From NCBI RefSeq assembly GCF_009914755.1, contig NC_060943.1: a stretch of 64,000 bases of DNA; one strand, 5' to 3'. Made by a program: the position numbers and the translations under genes. Within the stretch, counting starts at the first letter, position 1, and each line of letters starts with the position of its first letter. Shown piece after piece: positions 1-64,000 of this stretch. Source of the DNA: the human T2T-CHM13v2.0 reference genome, Homo sapiens. The notes under the pieces were generated by a model. That model was given only the letters and a program-made list of their open reading frames with translations. It searched no databases and was not told the DNA's origin.

Positions 1-539
1 GGAGGAACGTGAAAGTGGACAAGGAGCGTGACCTTTGGAGCACAGCACCACAGGGAGGGGTTTAGGCCTCCGGTGACTGCAGGCAGGCCTGGATAATATC
101 CAGCCTTCCAGAAGAAGCTGGTGGAGCAGTGTTCCCTGACTCCTCCAAGGAAAGGAGACTCCCTTTCGCGGTCTGCTAAGTAATGGGCGTCTTCCCAGAC
201 ACTGGCATTACCGCTTGACCAAGGAGCCCTCAAGCGGCCCTTATGTGGGCGTGACAGAGGGCTCACCTCTTGCCTTCTAGGTCACTTCTCACAATGTCCC
301 TTCAGCACCTGACCCTATACCCACCGGTTATCCTTAGGGTATATTAGTAATGCAACAAAGAGTAATATTAAAAGCTAATGATTAATAATGTTTATAATAA
401 TGATTGATAATTGTCCATGATCATCTCTATATCTAATTTGTATTATGACTATTCTTATTCTAACTATTTTCTTTATTATACTGAAACAGTTTGTGCCTTC
501 AGTCTCTTGCCTCGGCACCTAGGTAATCTTTCACCCACA
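1..539 (-). mobile_element. LTR13-type (ERVK) solo LTR, 5' portion; truncated by window edge
   Basis: Reverse complement begins TGTGGGTGAAAGATTACCTAGGTGCCGAGGCAAGAGACTGAAGGCACAAACTGTTTCAGTATAATAAAG, matching the LTR13 5' end as recalled; TG terminus at 539. Confidence 0.8.
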
Positions 540-632
540 TCATATAAATGGAAAAATATAGTATGTAGCCTTTTGTGTCTGATTCTCTTAGCATGTTTTC
601 AAGTTTCACCCATGTTTTTTAAATTAAATTAA

Positions 633-909
<277 letters not shown>

Positions 910-1416
910 TGAGCCACTGTGCCCGACCTGCTTTCTTCTTTTTTGTTGTTAAGCCTCCTCCGGCTCCAAGCAGAAATAGCTTCACGGTCTGCTGTGCTTC
1001 AGATTGAAAACTCAGACACCCTCAGGGACCAGTGGGGAAAGCCACCCCTTAGAGGAAAGTTTCTCATTTGCATTACGCAGTCCTGACCCTTTCCCTACCT
1101 TTCCCCGCCCCCAGCTTCAATCAGGTCTAACTGATATGTGAGAAACCAGACCTTTAAAGTGTACAATTGATGAGTTTTAACTTACATATACACCTGGGAA
1201 ACCATCACCACAAATCAAGATAGTGACCACAAGGTAAAAACAGTATTCATCATCCCCAGGAAGTGTTTTTGTTTTTTTGTTTTTTGTTTTTTATTTTTTT
1301 TTTTGAGATAGTCTTGCTCTGCTATCCAGGCTGAAGTCCAGTGGTGTGATTATAGCTCACTGTGGCTTACTCCCAAGTAGCTGGGACTACAGGTTCCTGC
1401 CACCCCATGGCCATTT

Positions 1417-1722
1417 TATATATATATATATATAATATATATGTATATAAAATATATATATAGTTATATATATACACACTATATATACTATATATTATAT
1501 ATAATAGTTATATATACCATATATTATATATACTATATTATATATAGTATATCATATATAGCATATATTATATATACTATATTATATAGTATCTCATATA
1601 TAGCATATAATATATACTATATTATATATAGCATATCATATATAGTATATATAATATATACTATATTATATATAGTGTATAATATATACTATATTATATA
1701 TATATTATATATATAAATATAA
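1417..1722. repeat. Degenerate (TA)n / TATAG-TATAC low-complexity tract inside an Alu linker
   Basis: About 300 bp of almost pure alternating T/A lying between the right arm (~1300-1412) and left arm (~1745-1865) of a minus-strand Alu. Confidence 0.9.
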
Positions 1723-2247
<525 letters not shown>

Positions 2248-2928
2248 TGATTAGGCTGGTCTTGAACTCCTGACTTCAGGTGATCTGCCTGCCTTGGTCT
2301 CCCAAAGTGCTGGGATTGCAGGCATGAGCCACCACACCCAGCCGCTAATTTTTATATTTTTAGTAGAGACAGGGTTTCAACATGTTGCCCAGGCTGGTCT
2401 TGAATTCCTGACCTCAAGTGATCCCCCTGCCTTGGCCTCCCAAAGTGCTGGGATGGGTGTGAACCACCACGCCTGCAGAAGTTTTCTTGAGCCTCCTTGT
2501 AAACCCTCTGTTTTTCACTGTCCCCCGCCCAGTGTTACAGACCACAAGTTCTTGGGATCTGAATGCAACTGAAATTGACTTGAGGCCAAAACAGTTTTCC
2601 CAGACAAGACTTCATTGGAGTTTATGCCTGGGTATGAGGGAGACAGCACAAGAGAAAGAGAGCAAATTTGCTGGCTGACTCTTGGAAAAGAGCCAGTAGG
2701 GCTTTTTTATTAGGCAAAGCTCTGGAATTGACATTAGCGGGAGGATATACAGGCTGAGCTGGGCAAAACATGTGAGGAGTAGAGCACTCATGAGGACACT
2801 TGTCTGGCTGCGATGGTTATCTTGAGTAATGGGCCACATGGTGTTCTGGCAGGTGCAACAAGGCTGTAAATCAATTGTTCAGCTTTCCTTCCGGAGCTGG
2901 GACACTCACACCCTCGGTTACTTCCTAA

Positions 2929-3255
<327 letters not shown>

Positions 3256-3598
3256 TGATTCTTTTTGCTTCCACGGACAACTTTTTATTTCCTATCTTCC
3301 ATCTGTGAGGGCGTTCAGGACTTTTGGGCCTTTGTGAGTAAACAGTCAACTCTGTGGAGCGGAGACCCTAGAGAATATGGCCAGAGAGAAATGTGAGCTG
3401 TACTCCATTGGCAGCTAGCAAAACTTTCCTTTCTTTGAGCTGTCTTTGCAGTGGTTCTAGATCTTGGGAGGACGGCTGTAGATGCCCTGCATCCTTGGTT
3501 AAGTCATAACCTTGGTTAAGGCTTATAGGTTTCACTTGGGAGAGTACCTGTGGTGAAGAAGTTCACAAGCCAGGAATACCAGCTGTTTGTCCCAACTA

Positions 3599-3964
<366 letters not shown>

Positions 3965-4028
3965 TTAAGAGTAGTTATTTTAAAGAGCTTTATAGTTAGA
4001 AGTCAGCTTAATCAAAAGCTAATATCCA

Positions 4029-4063
<35 letters not shown>

Positions 4064-5429
4064 CTGAGTCTTGCTTGTCACCCAGGCTGGAGCGCAGTAA
4101 CACGATCTCGGCTCACTGCAACCTCTGCCTCCTGGGTTCAATGAAGCCATTCTCCTGCCTCAGCCTCCCCAGTAGCTGGGATTACAAGGGTGCACCACCA
4201 CGCCCAGCTAATTTTTGTATTTTTAGTGGAGACGGGGTTTCACCATGTTGGCCAGGCTGGTTTCGAACTCCTGACCTCGCGATCTGCCCGCCTCGGCCTC
4301 CCAAAGTGCTAGGATTACAGGCGTGAGCCACCATGCCCGGCCCCAAGTTTTATATATATATATATATATATTTAAAAGGGCTTTCTGACTTTTCTCTTTG
4401 AATCTTTTTTCGTGGACTAGAACTTTTTTTTTCAAAAACAAAAAAACCCTGTGTGCTTGGTATGACCACTTCCTTTGTTCACTTCCTCCCTTTTTCTTTT
4501 TTTCTTCTTTCTTGAGGTGGGGTCTTGCTCTGTTGCCCAGGCTGGAGTGCAGTGGTGTGATCACAGCTCTGCAGCTTTGACCTCCTGGGCTCAAGCAATC
4601 ATTCCACCTTCACCTCCCAAAGTGCTGGGATTACAGACATGAGCTTCTATGCCCGGCCCACTTCCTTTATTAAAAATTATTTTTCCATGATGTGAGTGAG
4701 AGCCCAAGGGGAGACTTCTAGCATGAAGCCCAGAGCTCCACAGCAAACAGGAGCTTGAGTTTGACCCTAAGCCCTCAACCAGCGATACCCCAAACAGCTG
4801 CCATTTGAGTTTCACGTCCCTTTTTTTTTTTTTTTTGCCACACATTCATGCATCACCTGCCCACTTCACTGCTTAATAATTTTCTTTAAATCAACCCACT
4901 CTTTTGTTTTTAATTCAACACATTTATTTAAACAGGAGATGTCATTTCACTCCAGGAAGTGGAAAACCAGTGTCAGTTGGCACACATAGACTCTAATAGT
5001 ACAAATAAATCCAATGATTCAGCAACAACAGAGAAGTGCTAAAAGCATTGGGTGAAAGGTGTTGAGGAACAGGTTGGTCACCAGGTCTCAAGGTGACACC
5101 CACAGATGATGCAAGAATTCAAAGGCTCACGCCTATAATCCCAGCACTTTGGGAGGCCGAGGCGGGTGGATCACTTGAGGTCAGGAGTTCAAAACCAGCC
5201 TGGGCAACATGACGAAACCCCATTTCTACAAAACATACCGAAAATTAGCCGGGCATGGTGGTGGTGTGCACCTGTAGTCCTAGTACTACTAAGCTGAGGT
5301 GGGAGGATCGTGGGAGGTGGAGATTGCAGTAAGCCTAGATCACACCACTGCACTCCAGCCTGGGCGACAGAGTGAGACCCTGTCTCAAAAACAAACCGAC
5401 AAACAACAAAAAATAAAACAAAAAACAAG

Positions 5430-7270
<1,841 letters not shown>

Positions 7271-7769
7271 CTATCTCCTTAGCTCAATGGTCAAAGTTAG
7301 CTTTACCAATCACGGCCCCTGATGGGATTCAGGTACCGAGAAGGACACAGCGTCCCTGCGGAGTATTCTTCCCCACAGCTGCAAGACCAGATTTTAATCA
7401 TGAGGAAGCAGCAGACGAGGCCAGAAACTGGGACTGTCCACAGGACAACTGGCCAGGGCTCTTCGAACAGCCAGGGTCAGTCCAGCTGCTACACATGTGA
7501 GGTAAGAAAAAAAAAAGCCAACGTCAGGAGCCTCTCTGAACCTATTGTGGTTTGGAGGCTGTCCAGTTTATTTACAAATTGAAAAAAAGTTATATATATA
7601 TAAATTATTATATTATTGTTTTATAATATTTATATTATTTTATAAATTAATATAATTATTATGATTATAAATTAAATATTTTAATTTATATATAAATTAT
7701 TTTTTATTTTTGTAAATATATAAATCTATCTATATATAGATATATCTATACGTATAGACACAGATAGAT

Positions 7770-8370
<601 letters not shown>

Positions 8371-9159
8371 TTAGCATGTGATACATTCTTTGGGAAAAAC
8401 GATCACAATTGGGCACGGTGGCTCACGCCTATAATCTCAGCACTTTGGGAGGCCGACGTGGGCAGATTGCTTGAGGTTAGGAGTTTGAGACCAGCCTGGG
8501 CAACAAAGAGAGACCTCATCTTTATAAAAAATTTTAAAAATTAGACAGGCACGGTGGTAGGTGCCTGTAGTCTCAGCTACTTGGTAGGCAGAGGCAGGGG
8601 GCTTGTTTGAGCCAGGAGGTTAAGGCTGCAGTGAGCCGAGATCATGCCACTACACTCCAGCCTGGGCAACAGACAGAGACGTTCTTTCAAAACAAAACAA
8701 AACCCCCTGTTCCTCAAGCAAGATGCCAGACGTACCTGGGTCAGTCCAGACTCCTGACCTATGTGGTTTAGGAGCAGCAAGGAGGAGGGAGGGGTCCCAG
8801 GAAAAGGGAACAGCCTACCTCTGGGCCTTTGCACTGGCTCATCCTGCTTCTCGGAATGCTCTTCCTAATACCCACTCTGCTCCTCCCTTCCCCTCCCCTC
8901 CTTCAGGCCTTTCTGCAGATGTCACCTCAGTGAGGCTTTCTCTGATACGCCTGTCTAAAACTGCAAAGCCTCCTGAGTAGCTGGTACCACAGGAGTACGC
9001 CACCACGCCCGGCTAATTTTTGTTTTTTTTTTTTTTTGGTAGATGGGGGTCCCACTGTTTTGCCCAGGCTGGTCTCAAACTCCTGGGCTCAAGCAATCCT
9101 CCCACCTTGGCCTCCCAAAATGTTGGGATTACAGGCATGAACGGAGGGGTGTGAAACCC

Positions 9160-16798
<7,639 letters not shown>

Positions 16799-16800
16799 CG

Positions 16801-16827
16801 TCAGGTTGCAGGAAGCCAGTGAGTCAT
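16801..16827 (-). other. uORF MTHWLPAT* in RINL exon 2 5'UTR
   Basis: ATG ACT CAC TGG CTT CCT GCA ACC TGA, then 2 nt, then the main ATG at 16798. Confidence 0.7.
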
Positions 16828-16924
16828 GACCTGGCCTCTGGCAGGGAGAAAGGTAAGACTCAAAGCTGCTCTAGCCCTCGGGTCATGTTCAAGATATTTA
16901 CAATCAATATGGCAGAGACCCTGA

Positions 16925-17207
<283 letters not shown>

Positions 17208-18287
17208 TGATCCCCCCGCCTCGGCCTCCCAAAGTGCTGAGATTACAGGCATGAGCCACCACACCCGGCCGGCAGGGGTTAAATCTTTAGTACCGGATGG
17301 TGGGGAATCTGGGGATCCCAGGAGAGAGGCCAGTGTGTCTTGCGGTGTGGGGAGAGGACTCAAAACAATAGCTCTTTACTGAAGTGGTAGGAAATATGTT
17401 AAGATTTTTAACAGCCATGGGGGCTGTGTAAATGTGGGCCAGCCCTTGGCAAAACCCAGTCAGCGCCTGGAAAAGTTCTTGGCCCAGAGTAGGCAGTCCC
17501 TATATCTGGAAAGGTAATAACATCCCCTCTTCCTCCCTTCCCACACCATGGAGGGGCCACTGAATCTCTTCCCCCAGCATTTTATTATGAAAAATTTCAG
17601 ACATAGAGAAAAGCTGAAAGAATTGTACAGGAAACATCCCTATGCCCACTACCAAGATTCTACCATGAACATTTTACTCATCTTGCTTTATCACACATCT
17701 GTTCCTCTCTCTCTTCATCCACCCATCAGGCCCCAGCTCCTAACCAGGTACAGAGTCCTACGTAGGTTATCACTTAGGGTGGCACTTATCCCAGCAGCAG
17801 TCCCAGGAGCAGGAGACCTGGATCGGGGGAGGATCCATCCTCCCTCCCTCCCTCCCTCCCTTCCTTCCTTCCTTCCATCCATCCAGTATTTACTGAATAC
17901 AGGCTGGAATTAGGTGCCTCTGCCCTGGAGAGAGGGTGATGAACAGGACAGGCTCCTCCCCTCAGGGCCTTCCATTCTTGTTTGGGGCAGGTGTAGCATA
18001 TGGATAATAGGCAGCTAAACAAATACATTAGGCCATTGACCAGAAGGCCAGGGTGTTATTAGGAAGGAGGGAGGTGGGCAGGGAGGCGCAGGTGCCCTGC
18101 CCAGGCAAGAGCAGGAAGGAAGGGAGGGGAGGGGAGGGGAGAGGGAAGCAGATGCCTGCTTGTGTACCGTGGCAGGAGAGGAGGCTGTGGGCAGTGCGTG
18201 GCAGGGGTGGGTCAGGGCAGCTGCCTCATACCAAAGGGAGGCAGCAGGGGCTGAAGATGCCAGATGCTCGGTTCCTGGGGGCCCTAC

Positions 18288-18365
18288 CTGTTCTCGGAGG
18301 AGAGGCCTGCAGTAGCAGGAAGTGGAGAGAGGAAGCTGAGCAGGCAGGGGGAAGAGGCGGGGCTG
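18288..18365 (-). promoter_or_regulatory. RINL: Probable RINL non-coding exon 1 and core promoter
   Basis: Donor AACAG|gtaggg at 18288/18287; ETS cores CAGGAAGT 18316-18323 and GAGGAAG ~18329; GC box GAGGCGGGGC 18354-18363. The exact TSS cannot be read from sequence. Confidence 0.6.
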
Positions 18366-18633
18366 GGGTATCTGAAGTCAACTTTCCTCCCTCTTTCTGG
18401 GGCCTCAGGCCTTTAGTGACGGGGCTTAGAGGAAGGGACACTGGCAGGCTGGGAGTCCAGGGGTCAGAGCCACGAGGGCCCCCGTGAGGACCCTCTTGTT
18501 ACCCCTCACTCTGGATCCCGGAGACTTTCTGGTTCCTTAGTGGCCCAAGATCTAACCCCCTCCCTTCAGAGATTTCCCTGGGTGCCCACAGAAAGAAACA
18601 GGAGGCCAGACCGGATTGTTAGTTGTTTTTGTT

Positions 18634-18639
18634 TTTAAT
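18634..18639 (-). terminator. SIRT2: SIRT2 poly(A) signal (variant ATTAAA)
   Basis: Plus-strand tttaat = ATTAAA on minus, ~570 nt after the stop; U/GU-rich stretch downstream (~18590-18602). Confidence 0.75.
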
Positions 18640-19210
18640 TTGTCTCCAATAAGCAATGTCTTCTGCCCATCCAGCATGGGAAGTGGGTCCCACGTGAAGG
18701 GGGCCCACCACCCACTTTGGGAGCTGAAGGCAGAGACTCGGGAGCCCTCCCGGCTCAGACTCCCCCTACGCTGGGTGTGGGTTATATTCAGAGGCCCACA
18801 CCCACACTGGGGTAGGTTAGGTATGGTTTACTTAGCCACAGGCCCCCGGGGGCAGGAGACAGAGTGGGGGCCCGAAGCTCCCTGTCCTGGAAGAGTTAAA
18901 AGTTCTGGGGTAGCCCTGGCCCCGTGGGGGCAGTTAGAGATGAGGGAGGTTACTCCTTAGCCCAGGAGTGGTTAGAGACAGTGGGGCTGGTAGAGATGCC
19001 TGTTTAAGCCTTGGCCTCTAGGAGGTGTTAGAGATTTGCTGGGGTTGGGGGCCAGGGTTGCTGGGACCCCAGTTTTGGGGAGGGAGCTGTAAGAGATTGG
19101 GGGATGTTCTGAGCTCCCCAGACAAGAACTGCTGGTTAAGAGGGGGCCAGGCCCGGTTGGGGCTCAGCTGTCCCTGAGGAGCTCGGCATCCCGCCTGGGA
19201 GATGCAGCTG

Positions 19211-39576
<20,366 letters not shown>

Positions 39577-39601
39577 GGGCGCGGTGCTGAAGCCCTTGAG
39601 G

Positions 39602-39681
39602 CTGTCACCGACCGCTCTGTCCCGTCACCAACCACTGTGTCCCGTCACCGACTGCTCTGTCCTGTCACCGACTGCTCTGTC
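39602..39681. repeat. 4 x 20-bp tandem repeat in the SIRT2 5' leader
   Basis: ctgtcaccgaccgctctgtc / ccgtcaccaaccactgtgtc / ccgtcaccgactgctctgtc / ctgtcaccgactgctctgtc. Confidence 0.92.
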
Positions 39682-39995
39682 CCGTGACGGCACCAGAAAT
39701 GGGAGTGGCCGTGATAGGGCACAGAACTACAACTCTCAGCAGACATTGCGGCCGCAGACGCGCTTTCGTACAACACCCAGAGCGCCCCAGTTAGGTAAGA
39801 AAGCGCGCGAGGACCGGACTACGAGTCCCAGAAGGCGTGGCGTCAGCAGCCATGTTGGTAAAGGGCGCCCGGAAAATGTGGGAACGGCTAGAGAGTTGTA
39901 GTCCTCCCGAATACTCTGATTGGTCAGGATGCAGTACGAGGGCGGGGTGTGAGCGATTCAGCATATTATCATTGGGTGAATCAGGGGGCGTGGTG

Positions 39996-40005
39996 GGGAA
40001 TTTCC
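39996..40005 (+). promoter_or_regulatory. NF-kappaB binding site
   Basis: GGGAATTTCC fits the GGGRNWYYCC consensus exactly, ~85 bp upstream of the NFKBIB ATG. Confidence 0.8.
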
Positions 40006-40087
40006 CGCAGGGCGGAAGCTCCAGAACTCCCGGCAAAGCCCAGCTACAGGCGGGCGACTGCGGGGGGCCCCTGAGGCGGCGGGGGCC

Positions 40088-48803
<8,716 letters not shown>

Positions 48804-48834
48804 TTTGTTTCATTGTTAATATAATTTCCAGTTT

Positions 48835-48840
48835 AATAAA
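48835..48840 (+). terminator. NFKBIB: NFKBIB poly(A) signal
   Basis: AATAAA about 30 nt after the TGA. Confidence 0.85.
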
Positions 48841-48965
48841 CAAAACCCTAGTTCTGACAACCAGAGACCAGACTGATCTTGTCTTCCCAGTCCTCCGGGT
48901 CCTTCTGGGGCCCATCCCTGTCACATCAAGTGCTGCTCACGGAGGCAGGGTGCGTTTCTTTGTGC

Positions 48966-48971
48966 TTTATT
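48966..48971 (-). terminator. CCER2: CCER2 poly(A) signal
   Basis: Plus-strand tttatt = AATAAA on minus, ~235 nt after the stop at 49207. Confidence 0.8.
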
Positions 48972-49206
48972 CACTCAGAAGGGTTGGAGTGGGAGTGCAT
49001 AGGTGTGGGGGTGCTTCCTGTGTCAGGGCTGAGCCCAGCCCCCGGCCCAGCTCAGACTCACCTCCTTGGGTGTGGTTCCAAGGCACGTCCGCCTCCTCCC
49101 CTGTTTGGGTAGGGGTGGCGTGGGGTGCTAGGTGAGGTGGAGGCTTCGGGGTCAACAGTCCTAAGCCACAGGGTGTGTCAGGAGGAAGGAGGGACTGAGG
49201 TAGGGG

Positions 49207-52128
<2,922 letters not shown>

Positions 52129-52177
52129 GGTGGGCGTCCAACGGGTCCAAGGCGCTGTGCGGGCCAGGGTTGCAGCG

Positions 52178-52270
52178 CCTTATAACCCACGCGGGGACCC
52201 TGCAGGGGAGGAAATGATGTCACCCCCGCCCCCTCCCCGCCCGCGGCGGGGCGACATCTGCGGGGCGGCT
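52178..52270 (-). promoter_or_regulatory. CCER2: CCER2 core promoter: TATA, CRE-like element and GC boxes
   Basis: Minus-strand TATAAG at 52184-52179; TGACATCA at 52222-52215; GGGGCGGGG-type boxes at 52223-52252. Confidence 0.7.
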
Positions 52271-54454
52271 GCCTGCCTGAGACCCTCAATTATTCATGAG
52301 GCCTCCGCCCTGCACGCGCTCCCCTCGAGGCTTCAGGCCAGGAGCTCAGCGCAGATGGTGGAGGCCTCCCTTTTTTCGTTTTTTTGAGACACGGTCTGGC
52401 TCTGTCACCCAGGCTGGAGTGCAGTGGCGCCATCACAGCTCACTGCAGGCTCCTGAACACACTTGATCCTCCCACCTCAGCCTCCCGAGTAGCTGGGACC
52501 ACAGGCGTGTACCACCATATCTGGCTAATAATGTTTATTTTTTGTAGAGGCAGGGTCTCACTTTGTTGGCCAGGTTGGTCTCAGACTCCTGGGCTCAAGT
52601 GATCCTCTCGTCTGGGCCTCCCAAAGTGCTGGGATTACAGGCCTGAGGTGCCACACCTGGCCTGGGGGGATCTCTTCCCAGAGCAGCAGGGTCTGGTACA
52701 CTCGCCCTCCACGCTGGCAGGTGGACCGGGGTGGGAACCCAGAAGCAGCCACTCACAGATGGTCCCCAGGCAACTCCTTCCCTTCCTGGGCCTGTTTTCT
52801 CACAGGGTCTTGTTACAGGCTGGAGTGCAGTGCCTCAAACTCTCACACAAGGGATCCTCCTGCCTCAGCCTCCAGATCAGTTGGGACTGCAGGCTTGCAT
52901 TATCATGCCACAGTAATTTTTTTCATTTTTTGTAGAGAGGGGTTCTTGCTATGTTGCCTAGACTGGTCTGAAACTCCTGACCTCAAATGATCCGCCCACT
53001 TGGGCCTCCTGAAGTGCTGGGACTACAGGCGTGGGTGAGCCACTATGCTTGGCTGAGAGTGGGTCTCATAAACCCGCTTCCTCAGAGGCTGCAGTTGGCT
53101 TCTGGCCTAAGCCCCAGCTCCACCACGTGCCAGCTGTGCAGCCCAGGATAACCGCTTAACTTCTCTAAGACCTGTTTCCTCACTGTAAATAGGGTTGGTG
53201 ACAACCTACTCTACAGTTGGACAGTGAGGATTAAATAGTTGTGTGTACAGTGTTTAGGGAAGTGCCTGGTACTGGGAACGGCACACGTCCAAGCATCTTC
53301 AGTGCAGTAATTTTTGTTGAGCATCTACTACATGCCAGGTCCTCTTTTAGACCTGAGGCTACAGCCCTGAGCCAATGGGTGGATACCTCTGCCCTCCTGG
53401 AGCTGGTATTTGACACACATCAATACATATTAAGGAAAGAAGGCAGAAATGCATCAAAAATATAGTATCTCAGGCTGGGCGTGGTGGCTCATGCCTGTAA
53501 TCCCAGCACTTTGGGAGGCCAAGGCAGGTGCATTACCTGAGGTCAGGAGTTCAAGACCAGCCTGGTCAACATGGCGAAACCCTGCCTCTACTAAAAATAC
53601 AAAAAATTAGCCGGACATGGTGGCACCTCCCTGTAATCCCAGCTATGCGGGAGGCTGAGGCAAAAGAATCTCTCAGAGGTTGCAGTGAGCCGAGATCACA
53701 CCACTGCACTCCAGCCTGGGACAGTGAGACTCCATCTCAAAAAAAAAAAAAAAAAAAAAAAAAAAGTATCTCAGATGTAGGTACTGAGTGCTGGGGGGGT
53801 TTTACTGTGGTCACGGAAGACTTCTTGGAAGAGGTGACATTTGAGCTAAGGCCTGAGTGACAAGATGGAGGCCAGCACACACCATCTAGGGGAGAGACAG
53901 CCAGAGAGGGAGACTCACCAATGTAAGTGCACGAGTCAGGAAGGAGTTTGGAGAGTTTCAATGTCAAGGCGGGTCGGGTGGACCAAACAAGACAGAAAGA
54001 TGGGCTGAAGAGGAAGGTGGAGCAGCTCAGGTGGGGTCTTAGGGGCCTCGATGACCACTTTACCCTTTTACTCTGAGACGAAGCCACAGGAGACCTCTGA
54101 GCAGGGGTGGGACACCCAGCTGAGGTGCTCACAGGTCCCTCTGGCTGTGTGGCGAGGATGGAGAACAGGGAGCCAGTGAAGAGGCTTCCAGGGTTAACCA
54201 AAGGGGAGGGATCGGGGAGCAGGGCCCAGGTGGGGTCAGGGAGGAGAGAACAGTAGGCAGAGTCTGGAAATCTTTTTTGAGACAGAGTCTCGCTCTGTCA
54301 CCCAGGCTGGAGTGTAGTAGTGTGATCCCAGCTCACTGCAACCTCTGCCTCCCGGGTTCAAGAATTCTGCCTCAGCCTCCCAAGCAGCTGGGATTACAGG
54401 CGCCCGCCACCACACCCAGCTCTTTTTTTTTTTAGATGGAGTCTCGCACTGTAG

Positions 54455-54886
<432 letters not shown>

Positions 54887-55249
54887 TAGTTTCCCTGAGT
54901 TTGGGATGCCCACTGGGCCCCTACCTGGAGCTGCAGAAGGGACAGCTGCATGGGGAGCTGGGGACTGAGGGGTGAGGCTGGGGCTGGGGTCAGCTCGAAG
55001 GAACCCTCAGAGGGTGACTCTGTTCTGGCTTGTCCCAGAGGAAGGGGAGAGAATTCAGCATCCTCTCAGCAACCCTGGTGGCCCCAGGCCAGCCTCCATG
55101 TGCACTGGGGGGTGGCTAGGCACTTCCAGCCATGGTCTTTGCAGCCACAGACCCTTTGAGGATAGTGCCTCCAAGCGGCTGCTCAGCAGCTCCTAGAGAG
55201 CCAGGCATCTCCCTTGTTCACAGATCCACAGAGGCCTTTGTCCTGACCA

Positions 55250-55255
55250 TTTATT
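55250..55255 (-). terminator. SARS2: SARS2 poly(A) signal
   Basis: AATAAA on minus, ~320 nt after the TAA. Confidence 0.85.
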
Positions 55256-55576
55256 GGGGACTTTTTGCTCAGCACTGTAGGAGGAAAGAAGGAAGGAGGG
55301 ATGGAAGCCTCTTCCTCTGCTTCTCCTGTCCCTAGAACCGTAAAGCCCAGACGTCCTGCTTCCCACTGGGACCCTCAATGATAACAGGGTCAGTGACTGA
55401 CTCTGAGGCAGCAAGGACAGAGGAGAGGTGGACCCCGTGGTCCAGGGGCCCGGGCGTGGAGCTGACAGGAAGAACACAGATGTCAGGACGGGCTCAGCAA
55501 CACAGGTCCCAGGTGTCCGGGGTCTCCTGAACTCCAGGAAGCAGTGACACCCCCGAGGGCTGCTGTGGGTGGGTTC

Positions 55577-62236
<6,660 letters not shown>

Positions 62237-62552
62237 CTGGTAGAAAAGAGACAGGGTGGGTGATTAGGTTGACAAAGTCGAGGGTGGGGAAGAGAAAAAA
62301 TGGTGAAAGGTCAAACAAGGCCAGAGGATCTTAGTCTCCTGCTCTGTCAGTGCCTAGCTGGGTCCCTCTGCAACTCTGTGTTTCTGTTTCTCTATTGCTA
62401 ACGCTACAAGGAGGCAAGATAATTAACAGTAATCACAGCCGCAGATCCGTATAGGAAGTGATGCCTCCATGCCAGGCTCTATGTACAGGGTTCTCCCATG
62501 CCATGATTTCTTCAAAATCCACTTTAGGAGGTAGGCATTCGTGTAAACCCTG

Positions 62553-63522
<970 letters not shown>

Positions 63523-63778
63523 GGGCCAGGCGTGGTGGTTCACAAATGTAATCTCAGCACTTTGGGAGGCTGAGGTGGGCAGATCACCTGAGGCCAGCAG
63601 TTGGAGAGCAGCCTGGCCAACATGGAGAAACCTCATCTCTAAAACCTTGTACTAAAAATACAAAAATCAGGCCGGGCTTGGTGGCTTACGCCTGTAATCC
63701 CAGCACTTTGGAAGGCTGAGGCGGGCGGATCACGAGGTCAGGAGATCGAGACCATCCTGGCTAACATGGTCTCTACTA

Positions 63779-63994
<216 letters not shown>

Positions 63995-64000
63995 TCAGGA

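Noticed and set aside
1441-1716. 91-aa Tyr/Ile-rich ORF
   Set aside because: Translation of the TA repeat.
39602-39681. Regularly spaced repeats suggestive of a CRISPR array
   Set aside because: Head-to-tail 20-mers with no unique spacers, no cas genes, human context.

Overview
Human genomic DNA (an AluYa5 supports Homo sapiens) from the Alu-dense 19q13.2 region. I rebuilt five spliced genes by hand from GT/AG boundaries, and each exon chain adds up to an intact frame: RINL (-, 566 aa), SIRT2 (-, 389 aa), NFKBIB (+, 356 aa), CCER2 (-, 266 aa) and SARS2 exons 3-16 (-, last 397 aa). SIRT2 and NFKBIB are head-to-head on a CpG-island promoter carrying a kappaB site. About 80 Alu copies (counted by eye), LTR13, LTR8, MLT/MST LTRs, L1/L2/MIR fragments and hAT MITEs fill the introns, and nearly all listed ORFs are Alu or low-complexity artefacts. 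Top hypothesis: the poorly characterised CCER2 is an unrecognised third chromogranin (granin prohormone). It has a signal peptide, a chromogranin-like disulfide loop on its own exon, an acidic body with dibasic sites, a granin-like C-terminal helix ending in Gly, a CHGB-like 5-exon layout, a CRE-like/TATA promoter and paralogon synteny with RINL. Other leads are an in-frame SIRT2-RINL read-through splice, a RINL uORF, a local duplication flanking SIRT2 exon 2, a weak GC-AG intron and an LTR-derived alternative exon in SARS2. Comparisons to other genes and all repeat-family names are from memory, not from searches.
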